In this document: one piece after another, positions 11,121-24,239 of the stretch
How positions within the stretch are numbered: the stretch's first letter is position 1
Layout of the letters: each line of letters starts with the position of its first letter
DNA from: Camelus ferus
Taxonomy: Eukaryota
Direction: 5' to 3'
DNA length: 64,000 bases
Assembly (NCBI RefSeq): GCF_009834535.1
Contig: NC_045697.1
Coordinates: 101,124,001-101,188,000 of the forward strand
The notes under the pieces: model-generated
Told to the model about the DNA's origin: nothing
Database searches by the model: none
What the model saw: only the letters and a program-made list of their open reading frames with translations
Program-made: the position numbers and the translations under genes

Positions 11121-13889
11121 AATGCAATGTTTTGTAAGGGAAGTATTACACTGTAAAAGCAAGGGAAATGGTAACCAACTTATAATCAGGCAACACAGGA
11201 GAGCAAGAACAGGCCTTGTCTAATTCTGAGCAGTTGCTTCTCTTGTTGCTTGAAAATCATCTTGCTGCTTATGTGAAGAAGTCATATCTTCATCAGTAGG
11301 TTAAAAACAAAAATATACCTCTGTGCTTAGCACTCCCTTCAGCTTGCCTAGCATGCCACATAGAGGGTAAAAATATCAAAGAAGATATACTAAAATCTTC
11401 CATTCCCCCACTGGAGCCTTCAAAACAGTCAGGGCTTTATGATCATCCATAGAACACAGATCAGAAGGAGAGTAGAAGTGTGAGCACAGGAGAACACTGG
11501 CACGTTTGGCCTCCTGAGATTGGTTTTTTTTCTTTTAGAGAAACATATAAAACAATGCTTGATTTATAGCAATTCACAAAGTGTGAATGGATCTGACGAG
11601 CAGGTTAATGAAGGCCTCTGCGAGCTACAGAAGCAGTGTCCTTACAGAAATGAGACTGTTTTTGTCAATTGGGGCATTTATATACAATTTCAATTCTGAA
11701 CACAGAAAACTGATCACACAATTTACATGACTGTTTTTTTTTTTTTTCTAACTGGGCTATTAGAAATATAGTGGCTGTATTTATAAAATCCAAAATCAGT
11801 ACAGATGATCAAATCCATGATCCAATAGAACAACCAAGCATTTAGAGTCAGCACTCTCCTGGAACAAACCCTAACAACCAGAGAAGATAAAGATTCTCTC
11901 CTTATTGAAAGCCACTTTAATACTTGAAGCAACCCACTTAAGGGCATCTTGTCATTGAACCATGACATAATGTTGTGCTAAAACTGAATTGTAATCACTA
12001 AATTCTAGGCTGGTGCACATCATTTACCTGGTACAGGTAAAGTGGGTTCATAAACTTTTTTTTTTTTAATTCTCCATCTCTGTAGAGAAAACAGAGTTTC
12101 TACAAGGGTGTAATTTGATTTATTTAGTCACAGTATGCATGGCAGAACTGACATGGCTTGCAGAGTGGAATGTGAAGTAATTTGCCAGAAAGCACTTAGA
12201 ATCCCTGATTTTTCAGCACATACCACAATTCCAAAAAACCCGGAAGTAGATGAATCAAGAATTCTGTTTAATGGCTGGCTTTGTATACATAACTTGGTGG
12301 AGTAATAAATAAGTACTTATTGAATGCCTTTATGTGTGTGTTTTCTGCATTTGGAGTCTCTATTTTCCAAGCACCCAGCATCTGCTGATGTTCCTCTCCT
12401 GGTCTAGAAGGTGATTCCTCCTCCCCACACCTGTTCTAATGCTGCTTTTTTTCTTCAAAATCTGACTTTATTTAGTCTTCCCTGGACAGCCTTTCTTGAC
12501 TACTCATTCTCACGCTAATTTGATCCTTTACACCATCTTGTATATTCTTAGAGACCCTGAAAAATAGCTTAGCTTTTAAGGATCTTTTGAGTGACTTCAG
12601 GAGTCTCTTAGTTTGATCTCTCTAATTATACTTTAAGCTAATTGAAGGCAAAGAGCAGAAGTTTACTCCTGTAAATATGCCTCCTTTCTTATTCAGTTTA
12701 TTTAGGTATTTATTTAAACAAACACTTGATTGTGATACTGACATGGGCACACTGCAGAGATTTTAGAAGATATAGGAAAGTGTAACAAAACAAATACAAA
12801 TCGTACCAAGTAGTGAGAATCACAATAAAAGATACAGATACCTATGCTTCCAATCTTGTTATTTCGCACACACAGACAGTTAAATAAGGGGTATGTTATA
12901 CATAAAGTTTGTTATGCTGCTTTGACAACTCTCATAGTCCCTTGTTTGATGAAATATACTTTTGACATGATTTTTAACACCTGTATAGTTTTCCATCTTA
13001 AGAATATATGTTTCACTATAAAAATTAAACAGTATATGCCAATTGACTCTGAGTTGGAGATGAAATACAGTGGCTTGAACTTCTCTTTATCCACCCTGAG
13101 TTTGAGGAATTAGAAGAAAAGTCAAGAAATGAGATGGGGAAACAGAAATCAAGAGGGTTAACTATCTGAAAACATACAGTGGCCACAATGCAGAAGTAAC
13201 TATGATGTATTTCTGCATTGTCTTTTATTGATTTTTATATGATAAAGCTTTCACTATATGACTAAGGAAATTATAGCAGTTAATATAGATTTATTGACTT
13301 CAGATAAACCTGAAAAATAAAGCAAGGGTCTGGTAAACAATTTGAACCTCAGATTAATTAGTCTTATTTTATGTACTAATAACATCTGCAGAGGAGGAAT
13401 TGCTGCATTTCTCAATTCAAGAGGAAAAGGTCTCCGGAAAAAAAATCATTCCATAAGTTTATATACTGATGCTTAGAAGATAAAACAGCTTCACGAAAGG
13501 CAAAGGATCTAACAAGAAGTTGGCTTTGAATCCCATCTCTCTCTGTCCTTTAGTCACTAGAGTCTCAGCAACACGCAAGCAGCAGGGCTGACGCTACTGT
13601 GCGAGGTCAGGTATGGGTGACGGGGAGGGAGACCAGTGGGGCCCTGGGGCTGCGATCTCACTGACTGAGCCCCTCTTCTACCCTACTATTGTACTCCTTT
13701 GACCTTGGCATTCTGGTAGTCCAGCAGAAGGCCCTTCACTATTCGCCATTTCCCTTTTTACTATGAGACCAGATCAACTCATAACTTAGTCTCATGTCTG
13801 ATCAAACCAGCAACCTGACTGACAACCCCTGAATCCCAGTATTTCCGTTCTTACGACCCTAATGCCGGCTGTGTAAGTATCTACTCCAG

Positions 13890-14190
13890 CCCCCTGCATA
13901 AGTCCCTCTGGACACAAAGAGGCCTTCCTTGACCTTCTATATCCATAACAGTCCCTCCGTTCCCCAAGTCAACTACCTCTCCCTCAGGCACGTTCTATAT
14001 AGTTGCCCTGTTTCTGTCTACATAGAACTTAACACTATCTAAAGTTATTTTATTTATAAGTTTTCTATGCTCCCAACACAACTGAGATGAATGAATGACT
14101 TGTACTTGTTAGACTTCACTCCAGCCTCTATGTCCCCACATTCCTATCATAACTGACATGAGGCTGTTGACACATAAGAAATGTGCTTCG
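13890..14190 (+). mobile_element. L2 3' fragment
   Basis: aggccttccttgacc...cttaacactatctaaagttatttt...gacataagaaatgtgcttcg. Confidence 0.5.
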
Positions 14191-16424
14191 ATGTACCCTG
14201 TATCTGGTCTCTTGGCTTCCACTAGGTATCAGTCATCAAAGTGTAAGTTATTTCAAGAATATGACATCACAGTGTCAAATAAAAACCACGAGGACCACAT
14301 GTACATACACATGCCATTCTCTCCTATGTACTTAACATGCACTGGTGACTATTGCTTTGGATGCATATGTGGTGTCCATTATAAACATATGTAAACACAT
14401 TCTTCTAAATGTTATATTGACTCCAGAGATAGAAAGTGGAGGCACACGACAGTAAACATTATAAAAATAATTGGGGGGGGATAAACTTAAGAAATGGTTC
14501 ATAGGAATTTCTTTCCTGTCATATCTTTGCCCAATTATTCATCTCTATAAATTTTCCACAATGCTTTCAAGAAAGAGCTGTAACCAGATTGTAAAAAGTG
14601 CTCTCTCTTCTTAAAGGCCAGCTTTGTTGAAATGAAAACAATTTCATTAAACTGTAAGCAAAAATCTGTGTTCTCTTGGGTTTTTAATTATTTTTCTCTT
14701 TGTGAAAGTAAAAAGGGTATCAGTACACTCAAGTGAAACAATGAAAGACGTGGAATCACAGTTGCAGGTGTAAAGGTGAATGACATAATTTAAATGCGGT
14801 CAGCCGCTGGAAAGACAGTCGACAATGGGCAAGCAATACTCATTTTTTTCAGTACATGCTTATCTTGTGCTATCAAGAAATTTTTAGCCAATTAGCTTGC
14901 TCAATTGACTAAGCGCTCCTACCTCATTTACTTGAATAAAGATGTAGCAGAGGAACTTCAACAAGATAGAATGATTTTACAGCAGCATACAAAGCAGAAA
15001 CAAATCCCTGATAGAAAAAAAAACTTGTACAAAGCAATAGGACACCTACAAAATGAGTGACTGTCTTCCCAATTTAAAAAGCAGGGCCACTGAAACTCTC
15101 AATATACTTGAATACTTTGGTTAAAAAAATCAAGAATCAAATATAAAAAAAAAAATTTAGTTGGAAAATTAGGTAGGAAAAAAGCCTGTTACCTTATTCT
15201 ATTTTCTTTCCTAGATTTTTTAAAGATGCTTTGCTTTCTTTCTGAGTAAATAAATATGCACATTCTTAAACAATGATAAAAATATTTAAGAAACTATTAT
15301 TCTCCCTTTATTAATTATGAAATGAAGCCAACTATATAATAGTTGAAGTCTTGAATAATTTGTGAGATTAAAAAAATTCAAAGAAAAAAAGTGACTAAAA
15401 TATACCGTGAAATCTACAGGGGTTTAGCTGTAATCTCCTTGAAAGAGTAGTTTAAAAAAAAAAAATCTTCCAGAAATGGTACAGTTGAGGATCTTAAAGT
15501 GCTACAAGCATAACAAACAGTTTGCGAAACAGTACTTTCCTGGATGAACAACACAATTCCCTGAAGATGCTAAATAACTTTCTCTGGTTTATTCATCAGG
15601 CTTTTCTTGCCATATGACAAAATAAAATTACCTGTTGTTAGGAATTCTAGTGTATTTTTTGAATACATGTGAAAAAAAGAATATCAAAGTTTTTTTTTTT
15701 TTAACGGGAGGAATATTCTTAATGAATAAATTCTCACAGCTGCTCATCTCTTAGATCTATTCAAAGCCAGAAATGTAAGCGACAATAGCATTACTCCTGA
15801 ACTTGACTGTGATTTCAAAATAACTAGTATAGTTAGGTTTTTAGACAAGATAGATTAACTTTAATTGAAATAGAAGAGAGGTATTTGGCCCAGACATGCT
15901 GTCTCTTGAGAGCTGGCCCCTACGTTTGACCAACAGCCTCCACTCCAATTGCTTTTGCTCCCTTCAGATTTCTCTGTTCTCCAAGATACAAATAAGAAGG
16001 TGTGATTTGTGTTTTGAAATATACTGGATTAGTCTAACAAATCTTCATTTTTCAGAAGTCCTGCTAAAAAGGTAAAAAATGAATTTCTTCTCTTAAAGAA
16101 AGAAAGATGGGTAGATAGAGGCTCAAGTAGCAAGAGTTACAGTCAGTGAGTCAACACGTGCCCCAGGCCTTCTTTGCTACTCAGCTCCCTTTCTGAAAAC
16201 GAATTTTTTCTATATGTGACAACATCTGACAATGCTCTAGAAAAATAAATAAAGAAAAAAAGTATAGTTTTATTGGTGTTACCACAGAAGTTTCCTGAGT
16301 TTTCACATTTCTGTCTGTTTCTCAATACCTGGGAAAATTAAAAAAATCTAGAATTCTTAACTTACAGCACCATTTAGCTACATTTATTACAAAAAAAAAA
16401 AAAGTTTCAAAAAATGAGTTATAC

Positions 16425-17255
16425 AGAAAACCAGAATGCTGACAATGCTAAATGTTGGTGAAGACGTGGAGTAACTTATATACTGCTGGTGGGAAAGCAC
16501 GGTGGTACAGCCGCTTTGCAAAAGAGTTTGACAGTTTCTCTCAAAACTAAACATACTCTCACCATATGATCCAGCAGTTGTGCTCCTTGGTCTTTACCCC
16601 GCAAATGGTGAAAACCAATGTCTACACAAAAGCTTGTACACAGGTGTTTCTAGCAGCTTCACTCATAATTACTAAAACTTGGAAGTTACCAAGATGTCCT
16701 TCAGCAGGTGACTAGATAAATAAACTGTGGTACATCCATACATTGGAATATTATTCAACCTATGCTAAAAAGAAGTGAGCTATCAAGCCATGAAAAGATA
16801 TGGAGAAAAATTAAATAAAAAGAAAGAAGCCAATCTGAAAGGGCTACATTCTGTATGATTCTGCCTGACACTCTGGAAAAGGCAAAACTATGGAGACAGT
16901 AAAAAGATCAGTGGTTGCCAGGGGTTAGGGGAGAGGGTGGGATGCCTTGGCAAAGCACAGACAACTCTCACAGCAGTGAACACACTAAGTATGATACTAC
17001 AATGATGGATACGTGTCATTATACATTGTCCAAACCCAAAAGAAAGGGTTGAACCCTAATATAAACAATGGGTGACAATAATCTCTCACTGTAAGTTCAT
17101 CAACTGGAACAAATGTACCAGTTTGGCAGGGGATGTTGAAAATGGGGAAAGATATGCATTTGTGGGGATGCAGTTATATGGAAAATTTCTGTAACCTTCT
17201 GCTCAATTTTGATGTGAACCTGAAATTGCTTTAAAAATAAAGTCTATAAAAAAGA
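16425..17255 (+). mobile_element. Old L1 (L1M-type) 3' end
   Basis: accatatgatccagcagttgtgctccttgg, aaactgtggtacatccatac, ggaaaaggcaaaactatggagacag, ending aaaaataaagtctataaaaa. Confidence 0.9.
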
Positions 17256-18393
17256 GAAAACAAACAAAACAGAAAATTATGGTCATTATCTCAATACGTT
17301 CAAAACATGCTTCAAAATGTAGTATTTTGAGTAAAGGATATAAATTTGAGACTTATTTCATTATATAATGCAAATGTATATTGTTTTTAAGTTGGGACTT
17401 CAAACCACTAAAAACTACTAGACAATGAATGCATATATTTCAATTTGCTCATAACCTTGTAAAAATATATACTAATATTTAAAGATTTGGATACCAAAAT
17501 GTATCTGGTGTCTGCACATGAAATTGAATACATGCATGTACAATTCCATTCAGAACAAAAAAAAAAAAACTTCATTACAGATACAATGTAAAGACACTGG
17601 TGAACCTTCAAAATATTTCAGAACCATGAGAGAAAAAAAATACTCTCTCTAAATAGTTCATGTGAACCATATTTCTACCCTCTTTAAATACTATTTTGCA
17701 GCTAATTCCTTAATGGCGTTTTGCAGTCATGCCCAATTTAAACAAAAAGCAGCTCCTCCTCATTAACTAAGAAGTGGACTAGCCTCAAGGTGCACATTTT
17801 CACTTGATCCTTTGATAAAGCTACACATTTCTACGTGTGACAGATCTTTAGAGTTGCTTAAGCAAGTCAAAGCTTTGAATTAAATTCTCAAAATGTCAAG
17901 GATCTTCCCACAATATCAAGATGGAAGAGTTAGGGGACAATTTTGAGTGAATGAGACTGAAAGGCACAAACTTTGAAAGTGGCAGCAAGGAGGATAAAGG
18001 AAAACTTACATGAGCCCAGTCTCCAGCCCAAGGAGCAGATAATTAGACACATGGATTTTGAGAAATGTTGATTAGCAATAAATCCAGTCACTTTATTAGA
18101 ATGAGTGCTGGGCACCGGATTTGTGGTAAGCAGACCTGGTTGAGTGGCACAACTCCATCACCACTGAGCCCTCAGTGCTTGGTCATGAACTGACCTGCCC
18201 CACAGCTCAGATTCTTTATTTACAAATTGGGGGAAATAATACTCACCTTATAGAATGAAATTTCTTATAGAACAGTATTCATGAAAGCTTACAAAATATA
18301 TAATGATATAACTAACGAACCTAAAGTTGTAAACTATATGTACAAATGACTCTAATATTTATAGCTATAAATAAATATGATGGAATTCCTTAC

Positions 18394-18438
18394 CAAGGAT
18401 GAATTCCAACTGTGGTTCATTTGGAGACTTCTGAATAC
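18394..18438 (-). CDS. INPP4B: INPP4B second coding exon (45 nt, phase 1-1): (S)IQKSPNEPQLEFIL(A)
   Basis: ttcctactattcatag|GTATTCAGAAG...ATCCTTG|gtaagg. It continues the frame of the 91-nt exon and matches recalled human SIQKTPNEPQLEFILA. Confidence 0.96.
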
Positions 18439-19726
18439 CTATGAATAGTAGGAACACATTTAGAATAAAGACATCGGACTTGTTATCAAAAATATGTCAA
18501 TATATATTACTTTCACCCTGCCCAGACTGTATAAACGCAGTATTTAGCAGGACAAATAAACTCAGTTATAACTTTCCAGACTTATACATAAGGAGTTAGT
18601 TCTCAGGGCAGGGCATTATAGCAAAACTACATATGACTAAAAATCTGACTGATCTATTTATCTCCATAGCCATTAAAAAACTCAGAAATATTGGTTTTGT
18701 AAGCCATGACAAATATAAAACATGTTTTTCAACTGTTCCTCTTTCTTTTGGATACATGTAGACAGAGATGGAACCCTCACAAAGGAGGACCTCACCGAAG
18801 TCCTCTCTTACACTGATTCCTCTTTCACGCCCCTTCAGCCTGGTGTTAATAGTAAATTATTAATTAAAGGGCTATCTTTGCTTAGGTTATACAGAACATG
18901 ATGGTGATTACTCTGTCAACTTATTGATAGCTCAAATCAGCATTCGGTTAGATGTGTCTATTCCTTTCTTTGGCAATTAAAAACATGGCTAAATAATTTA
19001 AGATGAAGTGGGGGGGGGGGAAGTGAGTCAGAACAAAGGTAAGGAGATGGGAACATCTAAAGGTTAGTAGTTAGAAAGATAAGGCTGTGGCAAGTGATAA
19101 TGTGGTAGGTGGATTCTCAAAGACCACACACACAGCGCAGGGGCTTCCTAAACAAGAGTGGATGAGGACTGGGATGACATTTGTTCCAACTCCTGGCTGC
19201 CCAAAGAAGCAGAACTAAAATTTATGGAAAAGTAAACCAGTGTGCAGTAAATGTAAGAATATTTTAAAAATTATTTTCTTGTTTATTTGCACAGGTGCAT
19301 TCAGATACAATTTTAGTTTATTAGCATTTGGTCATGAATACACTGTTAGAAACACCTCTTTGTATAAAAATCATGTTTTTTTATTTACAGAGTTCACATT
19401 TTTTTTTGTACAGTAACCATTTATTTTTTTTTCCTGCTGACATTTAACAATGCTATGGTTAACAATTTTAGGCTTTCTGAGAGAGGTTGAAGTGACAGTC
19501 ATTAGGAGGGTCTTTGTTAATCTCAAAGAGTGTGGATTTTTGAAAAAGTTATTAACAATTCTGCTGGAAGCTCTGACAATCAAATTTCTCAAAAAAATGC
19601 ATCCAACCAATACCATTCCCTAAAGATTATTTTTATAATGTAAATTAGATGAGAGGTTAGGCATATGTTTGCCTGTGTTAAATAAGTGGGCAACAGGAAT
19701 CTTCTGAAAAGAAAAGAAAAAGAAGA

Positions 19727-20309
19727 TGAAGGAGAATTAATAAAACAGCCACATTTAGGCTAACAAATCGCTTATTCTTATGCTTGCCCTTAAAATGGTC
19801 AACTGACCTGACTGACCACTTGCTACTTACAGCTCCAGACCCGTTGTTAAAATAAAGCTATTAATTCACTCTTTCCACTTTATTCCAGTAATCAAAAGTA
19901 ATAATTATACTTGGCTTCTGAGTTGTTCAACAGGGAGAAGGTCACAGAACTGTAACCTTACAAAATACCAAGAAGACCACGCCTTGGGCGCTTGGAGATA
20001 AAGAGATCGAAAAAGTGACAACCGCTGTCCTCTACAGAGTTGGCTGCCTGGAGACATTATGACAGCACTGTAAGTCTTCTGATGAGAAAATGATTCTGTT
20101 GATTGTTATCTATGCTTTATTGTTTAAGCCATGGCTATATAACCCCACCCTACCCCCAAGGTGGGCTCAAAGTTGTGAAGGCACCAGCCTGCTGTGAGTC
20201 CCCTTCACCTGGCAAAGTAATAAAGCTGCCTTTTTTCTTCTAAGCTCCAAGACCCCGTCTCTGAGTTTCAATTTGGCTCCTCAGGGACAGGGCCGATCTT
20301 TCAGCAACA
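19727..20309 (+). mobile_element. ERV1-class solo LTR (583 bp) with 4-bp TSD AAGA
   Basis: TG start (tgaaggag) at 19727 and CA end (tttcagcaaca) at 20309. aaga at 19723-19726 and 20310-20313. TATATAA at ~20136, AATAAA at 20219-20224. Confidence 0.85.
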
Positions 20310-20829
20310 AAGACACAACTTATGTTTAACAATAAAACCCAAGCTCTAGAATTTTAAGCATGAGAGAAAACATAGAATTCTTCTGATGATTTTAATTAGT
20401 GGAGTAGCACAAAAACCGAAGTTAATGTTCAAATGCAAATCTTGGCCAAATCTCCAAGCTTGCTCTATTTACGTGACTAAGCGCTCTCAGGTGTGGCAGT
20501 GACAGTCTGGGCATCTAGTGAAACCACGGTGCCCTAATGCTTTCAACTCAACTGTCTTCGGTTTTAAAGAGAAAATTTCTAGGTTCTAAAAAAAAATAAT
20601 TCCACATGAGATTATAAAAACATTAAAAAGAAAATGTACTTAAAAAGTACTTAGTGTCTTAACACATGTTCAAGAACTACGATTCTACTATTTGATATTT
20701 AACCATTTCATAGACTATCATCTACCCCATCTAAGTAAAGGATAGGAGGCATATCGTAGACTCACAACACTGAAATAAATGGTGTAAAGGAAAAAAAGTT
20801 GGTTAATATGGGGGTGCACACACACTCAC

Positions 20830-20920
20830 TTGTGAACTGAAAGTCCCCAGGATCATTTGCCTGGGGTGCGGGAAGAAAGTGCTGGCCTTCTTCTGATGCT
20901 TCTTCCTCTTTGATTTCCAT
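20830..20920 (-). CDS. INPP4B: INPP4B first coding exon, CDS part (91 nt): [30 protein letters not shown] + 1 nt
   Basis: Manual minus-strand translation matches the recalled human INPP4B N-terminus ([30 protein letters not shown]). ATG at 20920 in ATCATGG Kozak context, in-frame TGA 14 codons upstream, donor ACAA|gtgagt at 20829. Confidence 0.96.
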
Positions 20921-21049
20921 GATCTCAGTTCTTCTCAGTTCTTTAAATCTTCCAAATGTTCACGCCCAAATGTCACTGCCAATGATTCCTCGTTTAATAC
21001 AGACGTATCTTCACACGAAAGTCTGGATATCCCACTCTGAAATTCTGCA
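20921..21049 (-). other. INPP4B: 5'UTR part of the INPP4B start-codon exon (acceptor at 21049 or 21044)
   Basis: Pyrimidine-rich tttgctgttgctgtttcctaag|tgcag| with two AGs 5 nt apart. No upstream ATG in this segment. Confidence 0.75.
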
Positions 21050-22212
21050 CTTAGGAAACAGCAACAGCAAACATCTCAGTCACTCCAGAATTCAGGATGA
21101 AGCTAAGAATTAAAGTCAGGTAGAGCCCACAGCTACCTTCATGTGAATTTCCTTCCTGCCTATCCCACTTTTATTATTACAACCAGTCCACCCAATTGAT
21201 GTACCATAAAGTCTGGGTTAAATGGGTATTCTCTGTGCAGTCATTTTATGGTCATATGAGGGACTTCTAAATCCTGAAAGGTTTATTCTTTCTCTTCTAA
21301 TTCATTTTGTAAAATAGCAGACAGCTATAGGGGCTGCTAACTTAATATGCACCTAAATTAGCAACAAGAGCAGGTACCATCTTGTCAAGGCACCAGCATG
21401 CTTTGCCAAGGTGAATATCACTACCACTCCTCCCATTAGAATTGCCCTTTACACTCATCTCTTCATCCACCCTTGTTAAAGCATTATTCGTGGGCACACG
21501 GAGATAATTTGGCATGAAACTCTTCTTCCAAGATGAGCCAATAGGTCGTTCAAGGGAGTTTCCAACCTCATCATTATCCAAAGAGTTTCTTGCTGCTCTG
21601 CTTAATAAAGTTTTAATCGTTTAATGATTGGGGTATATGGTGAAAAGAGTGAATAATAATTCTAAAAAGATAAAGCTCCAAGGAAAATAAAAGTAATGAC
21701 AAAATGATGCAAATTAGCATGGGGAAAGAAAGCCTCCAAGAATTTAACACTCTGTTACACAGACAGCCGCAAATAGCTTCAAATTCATTTTGATATTTAG
21801 CATGATATACATGACCAAGAACGAATTAGGAAAAAAAAATCAATGTTGTTTTAAATCAAGTTGCCAGCTGAATTAAAATGCATAAAAATCTTTAAATGTC
21901 TACCCAATGCTATTTAATGAGATAGCAGCAATCGAGTTTGGTTTGGAATACTGATTTAGTCTCCAACTTCACAAATCCACAGACTCACTTGTTGTTCTTA
22001 ACAAAGCAGTCTCATTTATAATTCGGCTCTAGTTTTTAAATATCATCTGGCAAAAATTAAATCCAGAAAGCATCTTGAATCTTTAGAAAATATTACAATA
22101 AAGTTGCAGATAAACACACATTGGCTTCCAAATATACAACTAGGAATACTTTCTGGGGTAAAGGACCATTGCACTATCAATAAGACCAAATCCATCAATT
22201 TGAAAATTATAT

Positions 22213-23352
22213 CTGATTTATTTTTATTGAGTTATAGCTGATGTACAATACTATATGTTACAGGTAAACACTACAGTGATTCACAATTTTTAAAGGTTAT
22301 ACTCCATTTATAGTTATAAAATATTGGCCATATTCCCTGTTTTGTACAATGTATCTTTGTAGTTTATTTTATACATAATAGTCTGTACCTCTTGATCTCC
22401 TACAACTATATTAGAAATAAAAGCAAAAATAAACAATGGGACCTAATTAAACTTAAAAGCTTTTGCACAGGAAAATAAACCACTGACAAAACAGAAAGAC
22501 AACCTATTGAATGTTAAAAATATTTGCAAATGATCTGCCCAAAAAGGGGTTAATATTCAAAATATACACACAGCTCATACAACTCAGTATCAAAAAACCA
22601 AACGACCCAATTAAAACCTGGGCAGAAGATCTGAATAGATATTTTTTCCAAAAAGGAAATACAGATCACAAACAGGAACATGAAAAGATGCTCAGCATCA
22701 CGAATCATCAGGGAAATGCAAATCAAAACCACAATGAGATATCACCTCATCTGAATGGCTATCATCAAAAATTACACAAATAACAAATATCATTGAGGAT
22801 GTGGAGAAAAGGAAGCCCTCCTACGCTATTAATGGGAAGGTAAATTAGTGTAGCCACTATGGAAAACAGTATGGAGATTCCTCAAAAAAAACTAAAAATA
22901 GAAGTATCATATGACTCAGCAATTCCACTTCTGGGTATATATCCAAGAAAAACAAAAACACTAATTAGAAAATATACATGCACCTCAATGTTCATAGCAG
23001 CACTACTTACAATAGCCAAGATATGAAAGCAACCTGAGTGTCCATCAAAAGACGAATGGATAAAAATGATGTGATACATACACATACATACACACACAAC
23101 GAAATACTACTCAGCCATTAAAAAGAATAAAATTTTGCCATTTGCAACAACAAATGAACTTGGAGGGTATTACGTTAAGTGAAATAAGTCAGGTGGAGAA
23201 AGACAAATACCGTATGATATCACTTACATGTACAATCTAAACAATACAGCAAACTAGTGAATATAACAAAGAAGAAACAGACTCACAGATACAGAGAACA
23301 AATTAGTGGTTACGAGTTGAGAGAAGGAAGGGGGGCAGGGCATATAGGGGTA
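22213..23352 (-). mobile_element. 5'-inverted (twin-primed) L1: 3' end on the minus strand 22217-22412, inverted segment on the plus strand 22413-23352
   Basis: The two pieces abut in L1 3'UTR sequence at 'atataggggtag / atatagttgtag'. TSD gaaaattatat at 22202-22212 and 23353-23363. ORFs at 22511-22783 and 22550-23097 are L1-derived. Confidence 0.88.
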
Positions 23353-24239
23353 GAAAATTATATTTTGAATTAAGATAATGCTTTCTACTTTCCTTTTTGG
23401 GCTATTTACATTTGGAAGTTTTTTTTTTTCTAATAAGAACAGACGTATACTTATTACACCACATTCTCTTAAGAAACTATGACAAATGCCTTAGCATTAG
23501 TGGAGTAATATGTGTGGAAGACTGCAATGTATATGGGACTGGGATACAAGAAGCTTGTTAACTTCACTATACTTCTTGACCAAAGATCCAACCCCTAATC
23601 CTGATTAGTCATCTCAGAAATTGAAAAGGGGCCCTAAATAAGGCAATATTGATGAATCCTAGCAAACTAATAACCAGCACACTAATGGTGAATAATTAAT
23701 AAATGTCAACTCTGTGTGTGGGTTGTGTGACTTGTGTAATCTGGGGGTGAGTAGAGAGGGCTGAAGTAAGATGCCACAAAGGCTCATTACCATGGTTCCA
23801 TTTTAAGCGAACTACGCATTCAAAACTGAAAAATGAATTCAATTTCAGAGAGAAAGGAGACACGTAAACAAAATAAGGATTACATGACAACTTCTTATAA
23901 CTCTATTCATTTTCATTCTATCTTTGTTGCATTTGAGGAAGAATTTCAGATTTGATACTATACCAAGGCACAGATCTCAAAAGGAATCAGTTGCATCACT
24001 AGCAAAATTCTAGAAAACCAAGCATTTCTAGCAGGGAAATACAGCATTTACCCATGGTTATGGTTAGGTGCAGTAGTTCCTTCTCTAGGTCTGTCTGGAA
24101 ATTTTTTGGTTTAAAGAACCTGCATAAGAATAGATTGAGGTTTTTTACATACTACACAAAAATTTAAAATAGACAGCCAGAAAGACCAAACTTAATTCTT
24201 AACGCAGAAATAAGTCACGTTAAACATATCTTAAACAGA

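Noticed and set aside
12023..12041. Small palindrome tttacctg-gta-caggtaaa
   Set aside because: An 8-bp stem is expected by chance in 64 kb.
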